Shown piece by piece: positions 1 to 11,366 of a stretch of DNA of 64,000 nt. A program made the position numbers and the translations under genes. Within the stretch, counting starts at the first letter, position 1. Every line of letters begins with the position of its first letter. Location: contig OZ219791.1 in NCBI GenBank assembly GCA_964291215.2, forward strand, positions 1,952,001 through 2,016,000. The letters run 5' to 3'. This DNA is from Alphaproteobacteria bacterium (lineage in GTDB: Bacteria > Pseudomonadota > Alphaproteobacteria > MPNO01 > UBA830). Under the pieces are notes generated by a model. It saw only the letters and a program-made list of their open reading frames with translations, was not told the DNA's origin and made no database searches.

Positions 1-257
1 CTGAAATCGGCACCGAGGTGGCGCAGGGCGATGAAGCGGCCGTCGTCGAATCGGTCAAGGCGGCAAGCGAGATCTATGCGCCGGTGTCGGGTGAGGTCAT
101 GGAAATCAACGATGTTCTCGAGAACAGTCCGGAGACGGTCAACGAGTCCCCGACGATCGACGGGTGGTTCGTCAGAATCCGCGTGGCCGACCCGTCGGAA
201 TTGGAGGAGTTCATGGACCAGGCGTCGTATGATGCCTATGTCGGAAGCATCAGCTGA
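1..257 (+). CDS. gcvH: Glycine cleavage system H protein (5' truncated by window)
   Basis: Lipoyl-lysine motif [16 protein letters not shown]; stop overlaps the gcvPA start (TGATG). Confidence 0.95.
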   Translation, partial: EIGTEVAQGDEAAVVESVKAASEIYAPVSGEVMEINDVLENSPETVNESPTIDGWFVRIRVADPSELEEFMDQASYDAYVGSIS

Positions 258-1600
258 TGCGCTACCTGCCCCTTACCGAAGCCGATCGCCAAGACATGCT
301 GGCGGTCACGGGCGCGGCCTCGATCGACGACCTGTTCAGCGACGTGCCCGAAGAAGTGCGCCTTGACGGCATTTCCGGTCTGCCGCCGCATCAGGGAGAA
401 ATCGAGGTCGAGCGCGACCTCACGGCAATGGCCGGCGAGAATCTCAGCGCTGGCGAGGCGCCGTTCTTCCTCGGCGCCGGCGCCTACCGGCATCACGTGC
501 CCGCCGCTGTCGACCACCTGATCCAGCGCGGCGAGTTCCTAACGTCCTACACCTCTTACCAGCCGGAGATCGCCCAAGGCACCCTGCAGCATCTGTTCGA
601 GTTCCAGACCCAGGTGGCGCTGGTCACGGGAATGGATGTCGCGAATGCCTCGATGTATGACGGCGCAACGGCCTGCGCCGAGGCTGCCGTAATGGCGAGG
701 CGGCTTACCCGGCGGTCGAGGGTTGTTCTCTCCGGCGGCCTGCATCCGCACTATGCGGAGACCACCGAGACCCTGCTGCGTTTCATGGACGGCGAAACCG
801 ACAGGATGGCCCCCGATGTGGCCGGAACGGAAGATGCCGCGGCCGCCCTCGATGACCAGACCGCGTGCGTCATCGTGCAATATCCCGATCTCTTCGGGCG
901 CGTACGCGATCTCGAGCCCTTGGCCGCAGCCTGCCATGCCCGCGGCGCGCTGCTTGTGGCCGTGGTCACCGAGTTCCTTTCGCTTGGCGCGCTCCGGTCG
1001 CCTGGGAGCATGGGAGCGGACATCGTGGCCGCGGAAGGAAGTTCCCTGGGCAACGCGCTGAATTTCGGAGGGCCTTATCTCGGCCTGTTTGCAACGCGCA
1101 CGAAGTTCGTGCGCCAGATGCCCGGAAGGCTGGTCGGTGAGACCGTCGACGCCGACGGCCGCCGGGGCTGGGTACTAACTCTGTCGACGCGAGAGCAGCA
1201 TATCCGGCGCGAGAAGGCGACGAGCAATATCTGCACCAATTCCGGCCTGTGTGCGCTGGCCTTCACCATCCACCTGTCGCTGCTCGGAGAAAGGGGGTTC
1301 CGCGACTTGGCGCTCCTCAATCACGCCAGGACCGTGCGGCTGGCAGAACTGCTCGCCGACGTGCCGGGAGTGGAACTGCTCGGCGAGACATTTTTCAATG
1401 AGCTGTGCGTGCGGCTGCCGGGCAATGCTGCGGACATTGTCGGCCGCCTGGCCGGGCGCGGCATCCTCGGGGGTGTTCCGCTGTCGCGCCTCCTTCCCGG
1501 TTTCGCCGGTGGTAAGGATCTGCTGCTGGTTGCGGTCACCGAAACCGCGACCGACGACGACATGGCGCGCCTCTGCCAAGGCCTGAGGGAGGTCCAGTGA
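257..1600 (+). CDS. gcvPA: Glycine dehydrogenase subunit 1
   Basis: MRYLPLT start, [35 protein letters not shown]. Confidence 0.97.
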   Translation: MRYLPLTEADRQDMLAVTGAASIDDLFSDVPEEVRLDGISGLPPHQGEIEVERDLTAMAGENLSAGEAPFFLGAGAYRHHVPAAVDHLIQRGEFLTSYTSYQPEIAQGTLQHLFEFQTQVALVTGMDVANASMYDGATACAEAAVMARRLTRRSRVVLSGGLHPHYAETTETLLRFMDGETDRMAPDVAGTEDAAAALDDQTACVIVQYPDLFGRVRDLEPLAAACHARGALLVAVVTEFLSLGALRSPGSMGADIVAAEGSSLGNALNFGGPYLGLFATRTKFVRQMPGRLVGETVDADGRRGWVLTLSTREQHIRREKATSNICTNSGLCALAFTIHLSLLGERGFRDLALLNHARTVRLAELLADVPGVELLGETFFNELCVRLPGNAADIVGRLAGRGILGGVPLSRLLPGFAGGKDLLLVAVTETATDDDMARLCQGLREVQ

Positions 1601-3141
1601 TGGACTGTTCACAGGGACGGAGAACGCGTGACCGCGCCGCCGCCGCGCCGCCGCATGCGGCCGCTGCAGATAACCGGGCACTCGACATCGAGGAGTCCCT
1701 GATCTTCGAACAGGGCGCCGAAGACCGCTGCGGCGTCGACCTGCCGCCGCCGCCCGATGTCACGCCGCGGCTTGGCGGACTCGCGCGCAGCGAGCCCATC
1801 GGGCTTCCAGGCCTTTCCGAGCCTCAGGTGGTGCGCCATTACACGCGCCTGAGCCAGAAGAACTATGCCATCGATCTCGGCCTCTACCCGCTGGGATCCT
1901 GCACCATGAAGCACAATCCGAGGCTCAACGAGAAGCTCGCGCGGCTGCCCGGTTTCGCCGACATCCATCCGCTGCAGCCCGAGGCGACGGTCCAGGGCGC
2001 GCTGCGCCTGATCGATCTGCTGGCGCACTGGCTCAAGGTCCTTACCGGTATGCCCATGGTGGCAATGTCTCCGGCGGCCGGCGCGCACGGCGAGTTGTGC
2101 GGCCTGATGACCGTCCGCGCGGCGCTCGAAGGGCGAGGCGATCCCCGCAAGCGGGTGCTCGTCCCGGATTCCGCGCACGGAACCAATCCGGCGACGGCTG
2201 CGATCTGCGGATACGATGTCGAGGCGGTTTCGCTCAACAACCGCGGACGGGTCGACCTTGCTGCGCTCCGTTCCGGCCTCGACGGGGATGTCGCGGCCTT
2301 CATGCTGACCAATCCGAACACCTGCGGCCTGTTCGAGGACGAGATCCTCGAACAGGCCGCGGCGGTGCACGAGGCCGGCGCGTACTTCTATTGCGACGGC
2401 GCGAATTTCAACGCGATTCTCGGACGCGTGCGCCCTGGAGACCTCGGCGTCGACTGCATGCACATCAACCTCCACAAGACCTTCTCGACGCCGCATGGCG
2501 GCGGCGGCCCCGGGAGCGGGCCGGTCGTGCTCTCGGAAGCGCTCGCACCCTATGCGCCGCGTCCGTGGGTGGTCTACGGCGAGGACGGTTTCTGCCTCGT
2601 GGAACATGACGATGACACGGCTCCGGATGAAAACCCCTACGGGCGCATGAGGGCGTTTCATGGCCAGATGGGAATGTTCGTCAGGGCCCTGTCCTACATG
2701 ATGAGCCATGGCGCCGACGGCCTGCGGCAGGTTGCGGACGATGCCGTGCTGAATGCGAACTACTTGCTGGCGCGGCTTTCCGGACCACTGAGTCTGGCCT
2801 TCGAGGGGCCCTGCATGCATGAGGTACTGTTCGATGACAGTTTTCTCGACGGAACCGGGGTCACGACGCTGGATTTCGCGAAGGCGATGATCGACCGGGG
2901 TTTCCATCCCATGACGATGTATTTTCCGCTGGTCGTCCACGGCGCGCTCCTGATCGAGCCGACCGAAACCGAGAGCCGGGACAGTCTCGATCAATTCGTC
3001 GACGTGGTCACCGACCTTGCCGGCAAGGCGCGGGCCGGGGACGCTCCGGCCTTCCATGACGCGCCGATCCATGCGCCCAGGCGCAGGCTGGACGAGACGG
3101 TCGCCGCCCGGAAACCGGTCCTCCGCTGGACCGCCGGGTGA
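1597..3141 (+). CDS. gcvPB: Glycine dehydrogenase subunit 2
   Basis: [12 protein letters not shown] and PLP-lysine motif [18 protein letters not shown]. Confidence 0.97.
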   Translation: MMDCSQGRRTRDRAAAAPPHAAAADNRALDIEESLIFEQGAEDRCGVDLPPPPDVTPRLGGLARSEPIGLPGLSEPQVVRHYTRLSQKNYAIDLGLYPLGSCTMKHNPRLNEKLARLPGFADIHPLQPEATVQGALRLIDLLAHWLKVLTGMPMVAMSPAAGAHGELCGLMTVRAALEGRGDPRKRVLVPDSAHGTNPATAAICGYDVEAVSLNNRGRVDLAALRSGLDGDVAAFMLTNPNTCGLFEDEILEQAAAVHEAGAYFYCDGANFNAILGRVRPGDLGVDCMHINLHKTFSTPHGGGGPGSGPVVLSEALAPYAPRPWVVYGEDGFCLVEHDDDTAPDENPYGRMRAFHGQMGMFVRALSYMMSHGADGLRQVADDAVLNANYLLARLSGPLSLAFEGPCMHEVLFDDSFLDGTGVTTLDFAKAMIDRGFHPMTMYFPLVVHGALLIEPTETESRDSLDQFVDVVTDLAGKARAGDAPAFHDAPIHAPRRRLDETVAARKPVLRWTAG

Positions 3142-3356
3142 TCCGGTCGCGCACTCAATTCGGCGGTGCGGGAATCACGTCGAAACGAGACCGGGCAAGG
3201 GGCAGAACTGCAGCTGCTCGAGCATGATGACGGCACGGTTACAAACGAAACCGACGCGCTTTGGCGACCCTTCGTATTGGTCACTGCGGATCGCGTGATT
3301 GAGTGTTTGCGGGAACTGAACCGCGCCGGCCAGACGCCGAATCCCAAGTTGGCACT

Positions 3357-5512
3357 GTAAGCGTTCGTTCGTGCGGTGATGACGATCTGCGCCGAGGTTT
3401 GTTTTGGTGATTCGGAGAAGGGGGCCGATAATTTTTTTGGCGGTGCCATCAGGTCGTGCATGGTCATGTGCATCGAGGATTTCGTGTCATCATCGGGTGC
3501 GGACGCCGCTGGCGACGTGCCGCGGTCGTCGTGTCGTGATTCGGCCACCTGGAAATCCCTGTACGATCGCGAGCGTATTCGAGCCGAGGCGGCGGAGGGT
3601 CTCTGTGAGGAGCTGCGCTTGCAGGAGGTGGAGGAGCGCAGCCGCACGAATTCCCTGAAGGCGATTTTCGAGAGCAATCGTGAGAAGCTGTCAGCTGCCC
3701 GTGCGGAGGTCAGGGAAGTTCGGCGGACGGCGAAGCAGTCTCTTGCGCTGAAGCAGGAGGTTGCGCGTCCGGGCCAGCTTCTTGCCGAGGCCGGCGCGCG
3801 GAAGCGGTCGACGGTGGTGTCGCTGCGCATGGAGAATGCCAGCCTGAAGACCGCGATGAAGGTTCTGGAGGGTCGGGGCGCTCGAGGCGGAGAACGACAA
3901 GCTTCGTTCGAACAGGTCGTACGGGCGCAAGAGCGAGAAGAGGCAGCGGGCGTCATCGAAGCGCGGCCAGCAGTGCGGCACTCCTGGCCGCGGCCGGCGC
4001 TCGAGGAGGTGGAGGAGCGGCTGGAGGTGGCAGAGGACGCCTGCTCGTGCTGCGTTGCCAACGGTTCGCACCAGGATCATCGTGATCAAAAGCGGCGGAT
4101 TGTCCGCCGGGGCTGTGACTGCCCCGGTTCACCGAGCGAGGTGGCGGCCGGCACCGCATTCGGGTGTGGACGCATGTGCTGCACGAGCGCGTGCATGCGG
4201 CCCTTGCGCCGCGTCCAGGGGCTTTCGCCGGGAACGCTGGCCAGCGAGCCGGATGCTGCCCCTGTTCGAGCCGCTTCGGGACGGGACCCCCGCGCACCGG
4301 GGTCTGCGCCATGCCGATGCATCCGGGCCCCGAGGGAGGTCCGGAAGTCGTGCCTGGCTCCGGACATCGGTCAGCCGTGACGCGGTCCTCTTCCACCCCT
4401 CGCGCAGCGCCGAGGTCGCGGCGAAGCTGTTCGCGGACGCCCCCATGTCTGCGACCGCTACGGCGCCTGCAAGAAGCTGGCGCGCCTGTGGTCCTTCATC
4501 ATCCTGTGCTGTTGCCGGGTGCATTGTCGGCGCGACTTTCCGGGCTGCGCTGGCCGCAGCTGGAGGGGTGGGAATGGATCGATCGCGGAGATCTGCCGCC
4601 TGAACACGGCTCGACTGTCTTGATTCCGGCGGCGTTCGAGGCCGCGCAGGCGGCGCTGGAGACTGCGGTCGCTGTTTGCGGAAGCGCCGAGGCTTCCGAA
4701 AGCGGCGCCGGAAGGCAGGCCGCTGCGCTCAACCATCGCGTGTTCGTCGACCATGGACAACAATTTCGGGGAAAGGGCTGTCAGGGGCCCGGGCGGAAGC
4801 CCGGCTTCGGTTCCGACAGCATGGACGGCTGTCATGTACACGGCACGGTCGCGAGGGGCGGCCTCGACATTCTGCGCTGGCGCCTGCGCGGAGAACGGCG
4901 GCCCGGCGATCTGTCGCCCTGGTTGCTGTGAGCCCGGAGAGGCGGCGGAGATTCGCAGCGCCGCCGTGAGGTCGAGGGCGCGACTTCATGGTCGCGCAGT
5001 GCTGCGACGATCACGGAGCGGATCCCATCGCCCGCGCCTTCTGCCGCCGCCAGCCCCGAAGCTGATCACGTCGGACACCGAGCCGCCGCTCCGAAGACCC
5101 TCGACGAGCTCCGCCCGCTGACACTACCTCGGATACACGCGCCTGGTCGGCGCGCAGATGCGCTACCATGCGGCGAGCCGCTGCTTCTCGACCGCCGCAT
5201 GGACCGCGCGCTATAACACCACGCCCGTGCCCGCTACGACCGACATGACAGAAGCCGAAGAAGGACATCTGGCCCGCTCCGCAAGGACTGGAAGCGGACC
5301 CTTTGAACCCTGCAACCGGCACAGGATGGCGCTCAGCTCCTCCTCCGCAGCGCCGAGACAAAACCGCAACCAATGCGGAAAACACGGCATGGCGCCAGTG
5401 CCCCTCACCGCGCATCCCGGTGCACGAAACCGCTCCGGGTGACGCTGGAACTCCCTGACAAAAGCCCGTCAAACGGACGAAAACAACAACACCTCACCGC
5501 ACGAACGCTTAC
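3357..5512 (+). mobile_element. Degenerate IS66-family element (single-transposase type) with DUF4338 passenger remnant
   Basis: Terminal inverted repeats GTAAGCGTTCGTTCGTGCGGTGA (3357) and TCACCGCACGAACGCTTAC (ends 5512). Frameshifted transposase with a coiled coil, Cys-rich segment and MDNNFGERAVRGP. Flanks TTGGCACT and GTTCAGCT do not form a target-site duplication. Confidence 0.85.
4966..5370 (+). pseudogene. DUF4338 (DruA-like domain) protein remnant inside IS66
   Basis: Fragments HYLGYTRLVGAQMRY, YNTTPV and RKDWKRTL match the recalled DUF4338 pattern; many internal deletions. Confidence 0.6.
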
Positions 5513-5582
5513 GTTCAGCTTCATAACCGAACTGAATCACAAACCCTTGAAACCGGTCAACTCTTTTTGGGTCAGGCTCTAA
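5513..5582 (-). mobile_element. Left end of another IS (IS5-like), cut by IS66
   Basis: Minus strand reads TTAGAGCCTGACCCAAAAAG, then TTGACC..TGATTC promoter-like boxes, then ATGAAGCTGAAC abutting the IS66 end. Confidence 0.4.
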
Positions 5583-5751
5583 GGTCGACAGCCGGTTTCA
5601 GCCGAGGCGGTTCATTGCGGACGGCACGGCGAACATTCACCGGTTCATTGTAGTGGCAGCGTATTTCAAGGGATCAGGGGATTTGACTGTGGGCCGGAGC
5701 TGGGGATTGAGTCCGGGTTTGATGACGGGAGGCGCGCTGGAGACCCTCGGT

Positions 5752-6705
5752 CTACCTGAGCCGTTCGACAAAAAGGCTCCAGAAGTATTCGGCGGCACCC
5801 TCCATGGTGAGAGGGCTGTCGCCGGCTCGTCCGAAATGCGCCATCCCCAGAGGCTGGAGAAGCAGCGTGTAGCCGTCGTCGGACACGGACATCGACTCAT
5901 TGTAACTGTTCCCGCTGCCCAGACCGCCTGACGAGTAGTAGACCCCGTCGGTGCCCAAAGGGCCGCCCAACCAGATGCCGCAAACTGCCCGTTCCTCGCC
6001 CCCGACGAAGGCTCTCGCCTCGAAGCGGTTGGCGTCGACCTGTCGAAAGCTGGTTTCCACCCTGTCGTTTCGTGCTTGGAGTTCATTCAAGGAGTTCTCG
6101 AAATAACGGGCGACATACTCGAACGATGCACCAAGAAAGGCGTGGCGATCGCGGTCGGTGAACTCGGTCCTGATCCTGAGATTGCTCGAACGCGGACCTG
6201 ACGCTGCCGCGTCGGCGCGGGCGGCGGCAGATTCCGTAGGTTCCGCTACAGAAGACCGGGTGTGTGCCGTGTGTGCTGTGTCCGCCACCTGGCGAATGGC
6301 TTGGGCGACTTCCAGAAAGCCGTCGTCCAGGATTGCATGCTTGGTGACGGGCTTACCGTCCTCGGGGACTGCCATCAGGCGGCCGAATGGCGCTCCTTTC
6401 CAATCGCAGGGGCGGAGGATGACGGGGATGACGCGAGCTTCGCCGCGACCGTGACGCTCCAGCGCGCGCGTTATCTCGACATCGTAGCAATAGTCGGAGG
6501 CGATGAAGTCGGCGCTGACCAGCAACAGGATGATGTCGGCCGTGTCGAGTTGCTCGCTGATCTGGTCGTGGAGTCCGTCGCCCGGAACGATGCGGCGGTC
6601 GTGCCAGGTGGTGATCGCACCCTGGCGTTTCAGGCCCGCAAGGTACTTCTCGAGCTCGTTTCTGAGATCTTCGTCCGTGTGCGAATAGGACATGAAGACA
6701 TGCAT
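5752..6705 (-). CDS. TIR domain protein with uncharacterised C-terminal domain
   Basis: VFMSYSHTD, WHDRRIVPG, ADIILLLVSADFIASDYCYDVE (catalytic Glu position), VIPVILRPCDW; GGAG upstream of ATG 6705. Confidence 0.92.
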   Translation of the reverse strand: MHVFMSYSHTDEDLRNELEKYLAGLKRQGAITTWHDRRIVPGDGLHDQISEQLDTADIILLLVSADFIASDYCYDVEITRALERHGRGEARVIPVILRPCDWKGAPFGRLMAVPEDGKPVTKHAILDDGFLEVAQAIRQVADTAHTAHTRSSVAEPTESAAARADAAASGPRSSNLRIRTEFTDRDRHAFLGASFEYVARYFENSLNELQARNDRVETSFRQVDANRFEARAFVGGEERAVCGIWLGGPLGTDGVYYSSGGLGSGNSYNESMSVSDDGYTLLLQPLGMAHFGRAGDSPLTMEGAAEYFWSLFVERLR

Positions 6706-6910
6706 GGCTGCTGGAACTCCCTGGTGGCTCCGTGACAATTCGGCCTTGAGGGCCGGAGGCGTGCTGGATCGTCCGCAGCGCGGCCCGGCCGAAAATAGTG
6801 GTTTATGCCGTTACTGCCTCGAAATGGGAACGATGTCGCTGAAGCTCAATGCGCAACGGCGAACACGAGGGGTTTCTCTTGCGCGCAAGGCTACAAGCTC
6901 TTTGCGCCAT

Positions 6911-7240
6911 TCAGGAGCGATAGACCAGTTCGGGGAGCACGATGCTCCAACGGTCCCGGCGGAGCCGGGATCGGAAGTCCTCGCCGGAATCCGATTGAAA
7001 GCGCGTTGCGATCGCATAAGCGCTGCCGTCCACGAAGGTAGAACCTTCTGGCGGCGCGAACTTCCTGGCCAGGCGCCCGATCGCAACGCTATCCCGGTCG
7101 ACGCTCAACCGACGGTCGCCGTCCTGTTTGAGGTCGACAGCATCGCCCGTCGCAATTCTGTCGAGGGACCGCAGCGCCCGATGTCCATGGGCCAGTCGCC
7201 CCGTGAATTCCAAATCGACCTCCGAGGGATTGAGCGTCCG
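6911..7240 (-). pseudogene. C-terminal remnant of a large RecQ/UvrD-fusion helicase, cut by IS1634 (continues about 9042-9115)
   Basis: RTLNPSEVDLEFTGR...IGRLARKF...RDRWSIVLPELVYRS resembles the recalled C-terminus of these helicases; the same frame continues across the IS (DGPAVAHRALDGNSLDVADCRKI). Confidence 0.6.
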
Positions 7241-7244
7241 CTAG

Positions 7245-9037
7245 ACCGAAGTTCCGTATGATTTCAGCGGGAGAATCACACCAAGTGATTATTGGTAAAA
7301 TTGCATGATGGCGACATGGATATATTCCCATGTAACGGTGAATTTTACTCTTTACAAAATACGATGCAATGCCTGTATGCGTTGCCATGTGCGTCGACAT
7401 CGTCCCCAACCGCAATTCGCCCCCCGCCGTCCTCCTGAGCGAAGGATGGCGCGAGAACGGAAAGGTCAGGAAACGCACCATCGCCAATCTTTCCTCCTGG
7501 CCCATGGAGAAGGTGGAGACCCTGCGGCGTCTCTTGAAGAACGAACCCCTGGTTAGCCGTGCCGATGCCTTCGACATCGTCCGCTCCCTTCCTCATGGCC
7601 ATGTGGCCGCGGTGCTGGGAACCCTGAAGAAGCTGGACCGGCGGATCGACCCGAAGCCCTCTCCCAGGCGGGACCGGGTGCTGGCCCTGATCGTGGCGAG
7701 GCACCCGCTTCGAAGCTGGCCACGGGGCTGGCCGAGGCCACCGCGGCGAGTACCCTGGGCGAGATCCTCGAGGCGGAAGGGGACGACCTCTACGACGCCT
7801 GGCTCCTGGAGCGCCAGGAGAGGATCGAGCGGTCTCTGGCGGCACCTCGAAGAGGGCTGTCTGGTGCTCCTGACCTCGGTGTGGATGGAGGGACGAAAGT
7901 GTCCCTTGGCCCGACGCGGGCACTCCCGGGATGGCAAGAAGGGCAAGCTGCAGTCGGCCTTCTGTGTGATCGGGACGGGTGTCGGTGCGGGTGTTCCCCG
8001 GCAACACGGCGGATCCGGCCACGGTGTCCTCACAGATCGCCACGCTGCGGGAGCGGTTCTCCCTCGCGAAGGTGGTGGGGGACCGGGGGACCAAGGCGCG
8101 CGAGGAGGTCAAGCCTGCGGGCCAGCGCCTTGAGGGGCATCCGCGCCCTTGTGGAGGCCGGCGACGTCGAGATGTCGCTCTTCGACGAGAGAGACCTGGT
8201 GGAGATCACCAGCAATGCGTATCCCGGCGAACGCCTCATGGTGTGCCGCAACCCGCTGCTGGCCGAAGATCGGGCTCGCAAGCGCCAGGAACTGCTCAAG
8301 GCCACCGAGGCTTGAACCGATTGCCGCAGCGACACGGCGAGACAAGCGCCGCCTCGAGGGGGCCTTGAAGATCGGGGAGCGGGTCGGCAAGGTCATCGGC
8401 AGGTACAAGGTGGCGAAGCACTTCACGTGGTCCATCGACGATGACGGTGTCTTCACCTATGGGCGCGATGAGGCTGCCGCCGAGGCCAGGCTCCTCTACG
8501 TGATCCGCCTGCCGCAGAGCGCACTCGACGGTCCCGGCACGGTGCGCGCCTACAAGCGGTTGAGTTCGGTGGAACAGGCCTTCCGCAGCCTGAAGACCGT
8601 GGACCTGAAGGTGCGTCCCGTCTACCACCGCACCGGGCCCATGTCTTCCTGTGCATGCTCGCCTACTACATCGAATGGCACATGCGACTGAAGCCCATGC
8701 TGTTCGACGACGAGGATGCCGAAGGCGGCCGTCCGTCGTGGCGCCGGCAGAAGTCTCGGCGAGCACCCGGGCCAAGGCGGCAACGAAGAGGACGCCCGGG
8801 GGTGGCACAGCTTCCGTACCCTCATCGATGATCTCGCGACCATCACCCGCAACACCGTGGCGCCCCGCCTTGCGGGCGCCGAACCCTTCCAGGTCACCAC
8901 GCGGCCCACGCCGCTCCAGAGAAGGGCATTCAAACTCCTGGGCGTGCGCCTGTAGCGTTCTCGGTAGCGACACACCTGATTATTTCAAACGTCAATACAT
9001 TCATGATGATACGTCTGATCGGCGCTGGAAATTCGGG
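7245..9037 (+). mobile_element. Degenerate IS1634-family element, copy 1
   Basis: Inverted repeats ACCGAAGTTCC / GGAAATTCGGG flanked by CTAG on both sides. Transposase motifs VRKRTIANLS, GHSRDGKKGKLQ, VFPGNTADP, AFRSLKTVDLKVRPVYH are scattered over frames. Confidence 0.92.
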
Positions 9038-9157
9038 CTAGATCTTTCTGCAATCGGCAACGTCCAGACTATTTCCGTCCAAGGCGCGATGCGCCACCGC
9101 CGGTCCGTCCTGTCGTGATCTGCAGGGACTAGGACCACGACGATCCCATGCTAATTC

Positions 9158-10803
9158 GTGCCCGCGCGGAAATGACCGTTTTGGCTGACCCTCCGGCGAA
9201 ATTTCTGGTTTGATCGCCCTTCCGGGTCCCGCCCCGTTTTCGGAGGGATTCCTGCTGATTCGCAGTGGTATCAGGGCTCTTTCAGCCGAGAAGCCGGACA
9301 AGCGGCTCCGTTCCTGCTCTCGGCGGGTGGGTGGGGTGGAGGGACGCCGCCGTCAGGCGGCGCGTTTTCGTCGTCGTCGGGCCTGTCTGTGCAACAGCAG
9401 GCGGTGGACATTGAAGGCCGCCATGGACAGCGCCACCATCCGCGCAAAGCCGTCCGCCCCACAGGACTCGGTCCATGCCGCGTTGCTCAAGATTATTGAT
9501 CGCCGACTCCACGGCCGGATGCTGTCGGCGCATCTCCCGGAACGTCGTCTCAGCTTCCCGTTCCCGGTCCGCCCGACCAAGCTTTCCCTTCTTCGGCAGC
9601 TCGTCCAGCAGCTCGTCCAGTGCAATCCGGGGACTGTGGAACCCGCGATCGAAACTGCACAGGTCGGGGAAGCGAGCCTGTGCTTCCCGGATCATGGGCA
9701 CCGCATGGTCCACGTCACTGCCCTCCCACAGGATTCGGTGGTGCAGGAGGAAGCCGTGCTGATCCTCCAGCACGGCCACCGGCACGCCGAGTTCCACCGG
9801 CACTTGCCCTTCACGCACCAGCGCTCCTCGAAGATCGAAAACACCTTCTCTTCCTGCGGGATCTTCTCGCCTTAGGCGGCGGTCTACTTGGTCGATCTGC
9901 CGGCGGGCATGGTACGACTGGATCTTGAGAATCCTCAAGGCTCCGACGCCCTTCTCCACAAGTGCCGGAACCGTCTTCTGCGCTCCAACTCCCGGCTGTC
10001 GTCGAGGTACCATCCTCCGAAGAGGCCCGCCGGGTCTGTCGAACCTTCTGAAAGCGCCTCTTCAGCCCGCGGCTCCGATGCTGCCACTGCCGCCACCCCC
10101 GCGAGCACGGCTGCGCGGCCGCGCACCAGACAACGCATCGCATCCCACAGCAGGTTGACGTCCGTCGGGTAATGCACTCCACCACAAACGAATCGCAGCG
10201 GCCCCGCAAGGGACCTTGCCGCTCTTGTACTTGCCGCTCTTGCGGACCATCGCATGGCCGCTCTCCGCCACCAGTTGCGATACCTTCTCCAGCACTTCCG
10301 GCGTCAGATGGCTCACGTTCTCCAGTACCGTCCGATACCTGTACCTCGTGTTGTCCCGGATATCGCCGTGGTCCAGGAACTTGCGAACCGTCTCGTTCAC
10401 CAGCTCGTGCAGATGATCAAGGTCATACCCCAAGCCCTGCTTCAGGACACCAGGATCTTCCACAGCGCCGGGACGCCCTTTCCTGTGGGACACTCTCGGA
10501 AGAATCCCCTCCTCCAGGATCTTGAACAGCCGGGTCGGCATACACGTGCTGAATCCCGCGCAGCATCGGTGGGATGTCATCCCGCGAGTCTTCGCTGAGA
10601 TCGATCTTCTCGATCGCAACCTGGCCCAATTCCAGCTGCGGGCGGATAACGTTTCGCATGGCAATTCTCGCGAAGTTTTCCGAAAATCCGGCGGATTCCC
10701 GGTCTGATCGGCCAATTCCCGCCCCAAAGCGAGATTCTTCGTCCCTTCTATATCAGGATTCCACAAGAAAAATCAAGCAATTTTATATTTTTTTCGCAGG
10801 CAC
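9158..10803 (-). mobile_element. Degenerate ISNCY (ISDol1-like) element
   Basis: Ends GTGCCCGCG / CGCAGGCAC with a TAATTC direct repeat (9152-9157, 10804-10809). Transposase fragments SRDDIPPMLRGIQH, VHYPTDVNLLWDAMR, SFDRGFHSP, HPAVESAINNLE. Confidence 0.85.
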
Positions 10804-11054
10804 TAATTCGGAGACGCGAAATCCGAATGCGTTGGGGCTCAGCTTATCACAGATCGCCTCCTTGATTGCAATTTTCGTGCCGAGAAGGTCCCATCGAGCC
10901 TTGGCGGCACGATTGCAGCGCGACGCAAACTGAAAAAATCTCGCCAGTCGTCGCCGGATTAGCAGCGTGTGATCACCGTGGACCAGGACAGGCTGGCATT
11001 GACGCTTCCTGCATTAGACCCTACATTGTTGGGACAGAGAGGAAGGGTGGCGCA

Positions 11055-11366
11055 GTGTTGAAGTTCAGCGATGTCGAAGCGCCGTCGAATGAGAGGGCGA
11101 CCGATCATATAGAGATGCGGGTGAGGCCGAGCGACAAGGAGCGCATTTCCTAGGCCGCCGAGCTGTCGGGCGTCAAGCTTGCAACGTTTGTCAGGGCGTC
11201 GGCTGCAAGGGAGGCCGAGCGCATCCTGCGCGAGCATCAGACCACGGCGCTTTCGGAGCGCGACAGGCAGATGCTGCTGGAGGCGCTTGACAATCCGCCG
11301 CCGCCTACACCAGCAGCCCGGGACGCGGTGCGCAGCTACCGCGCCCGGATTGCTAATGCAGGGTGA
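11055..11366 (+). pseudogene. DUF1778 (TacA/AtaR-type) antitoxin with an in-frame TAG at 11151-11153
   Basis: IEMRVRPSDKERIS*AAELSGVKLATFVRASAAREAERILREHQTTALSERDRQMLLEALDNPPPP; overlaps the toxin start. Confidence 0.85.
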
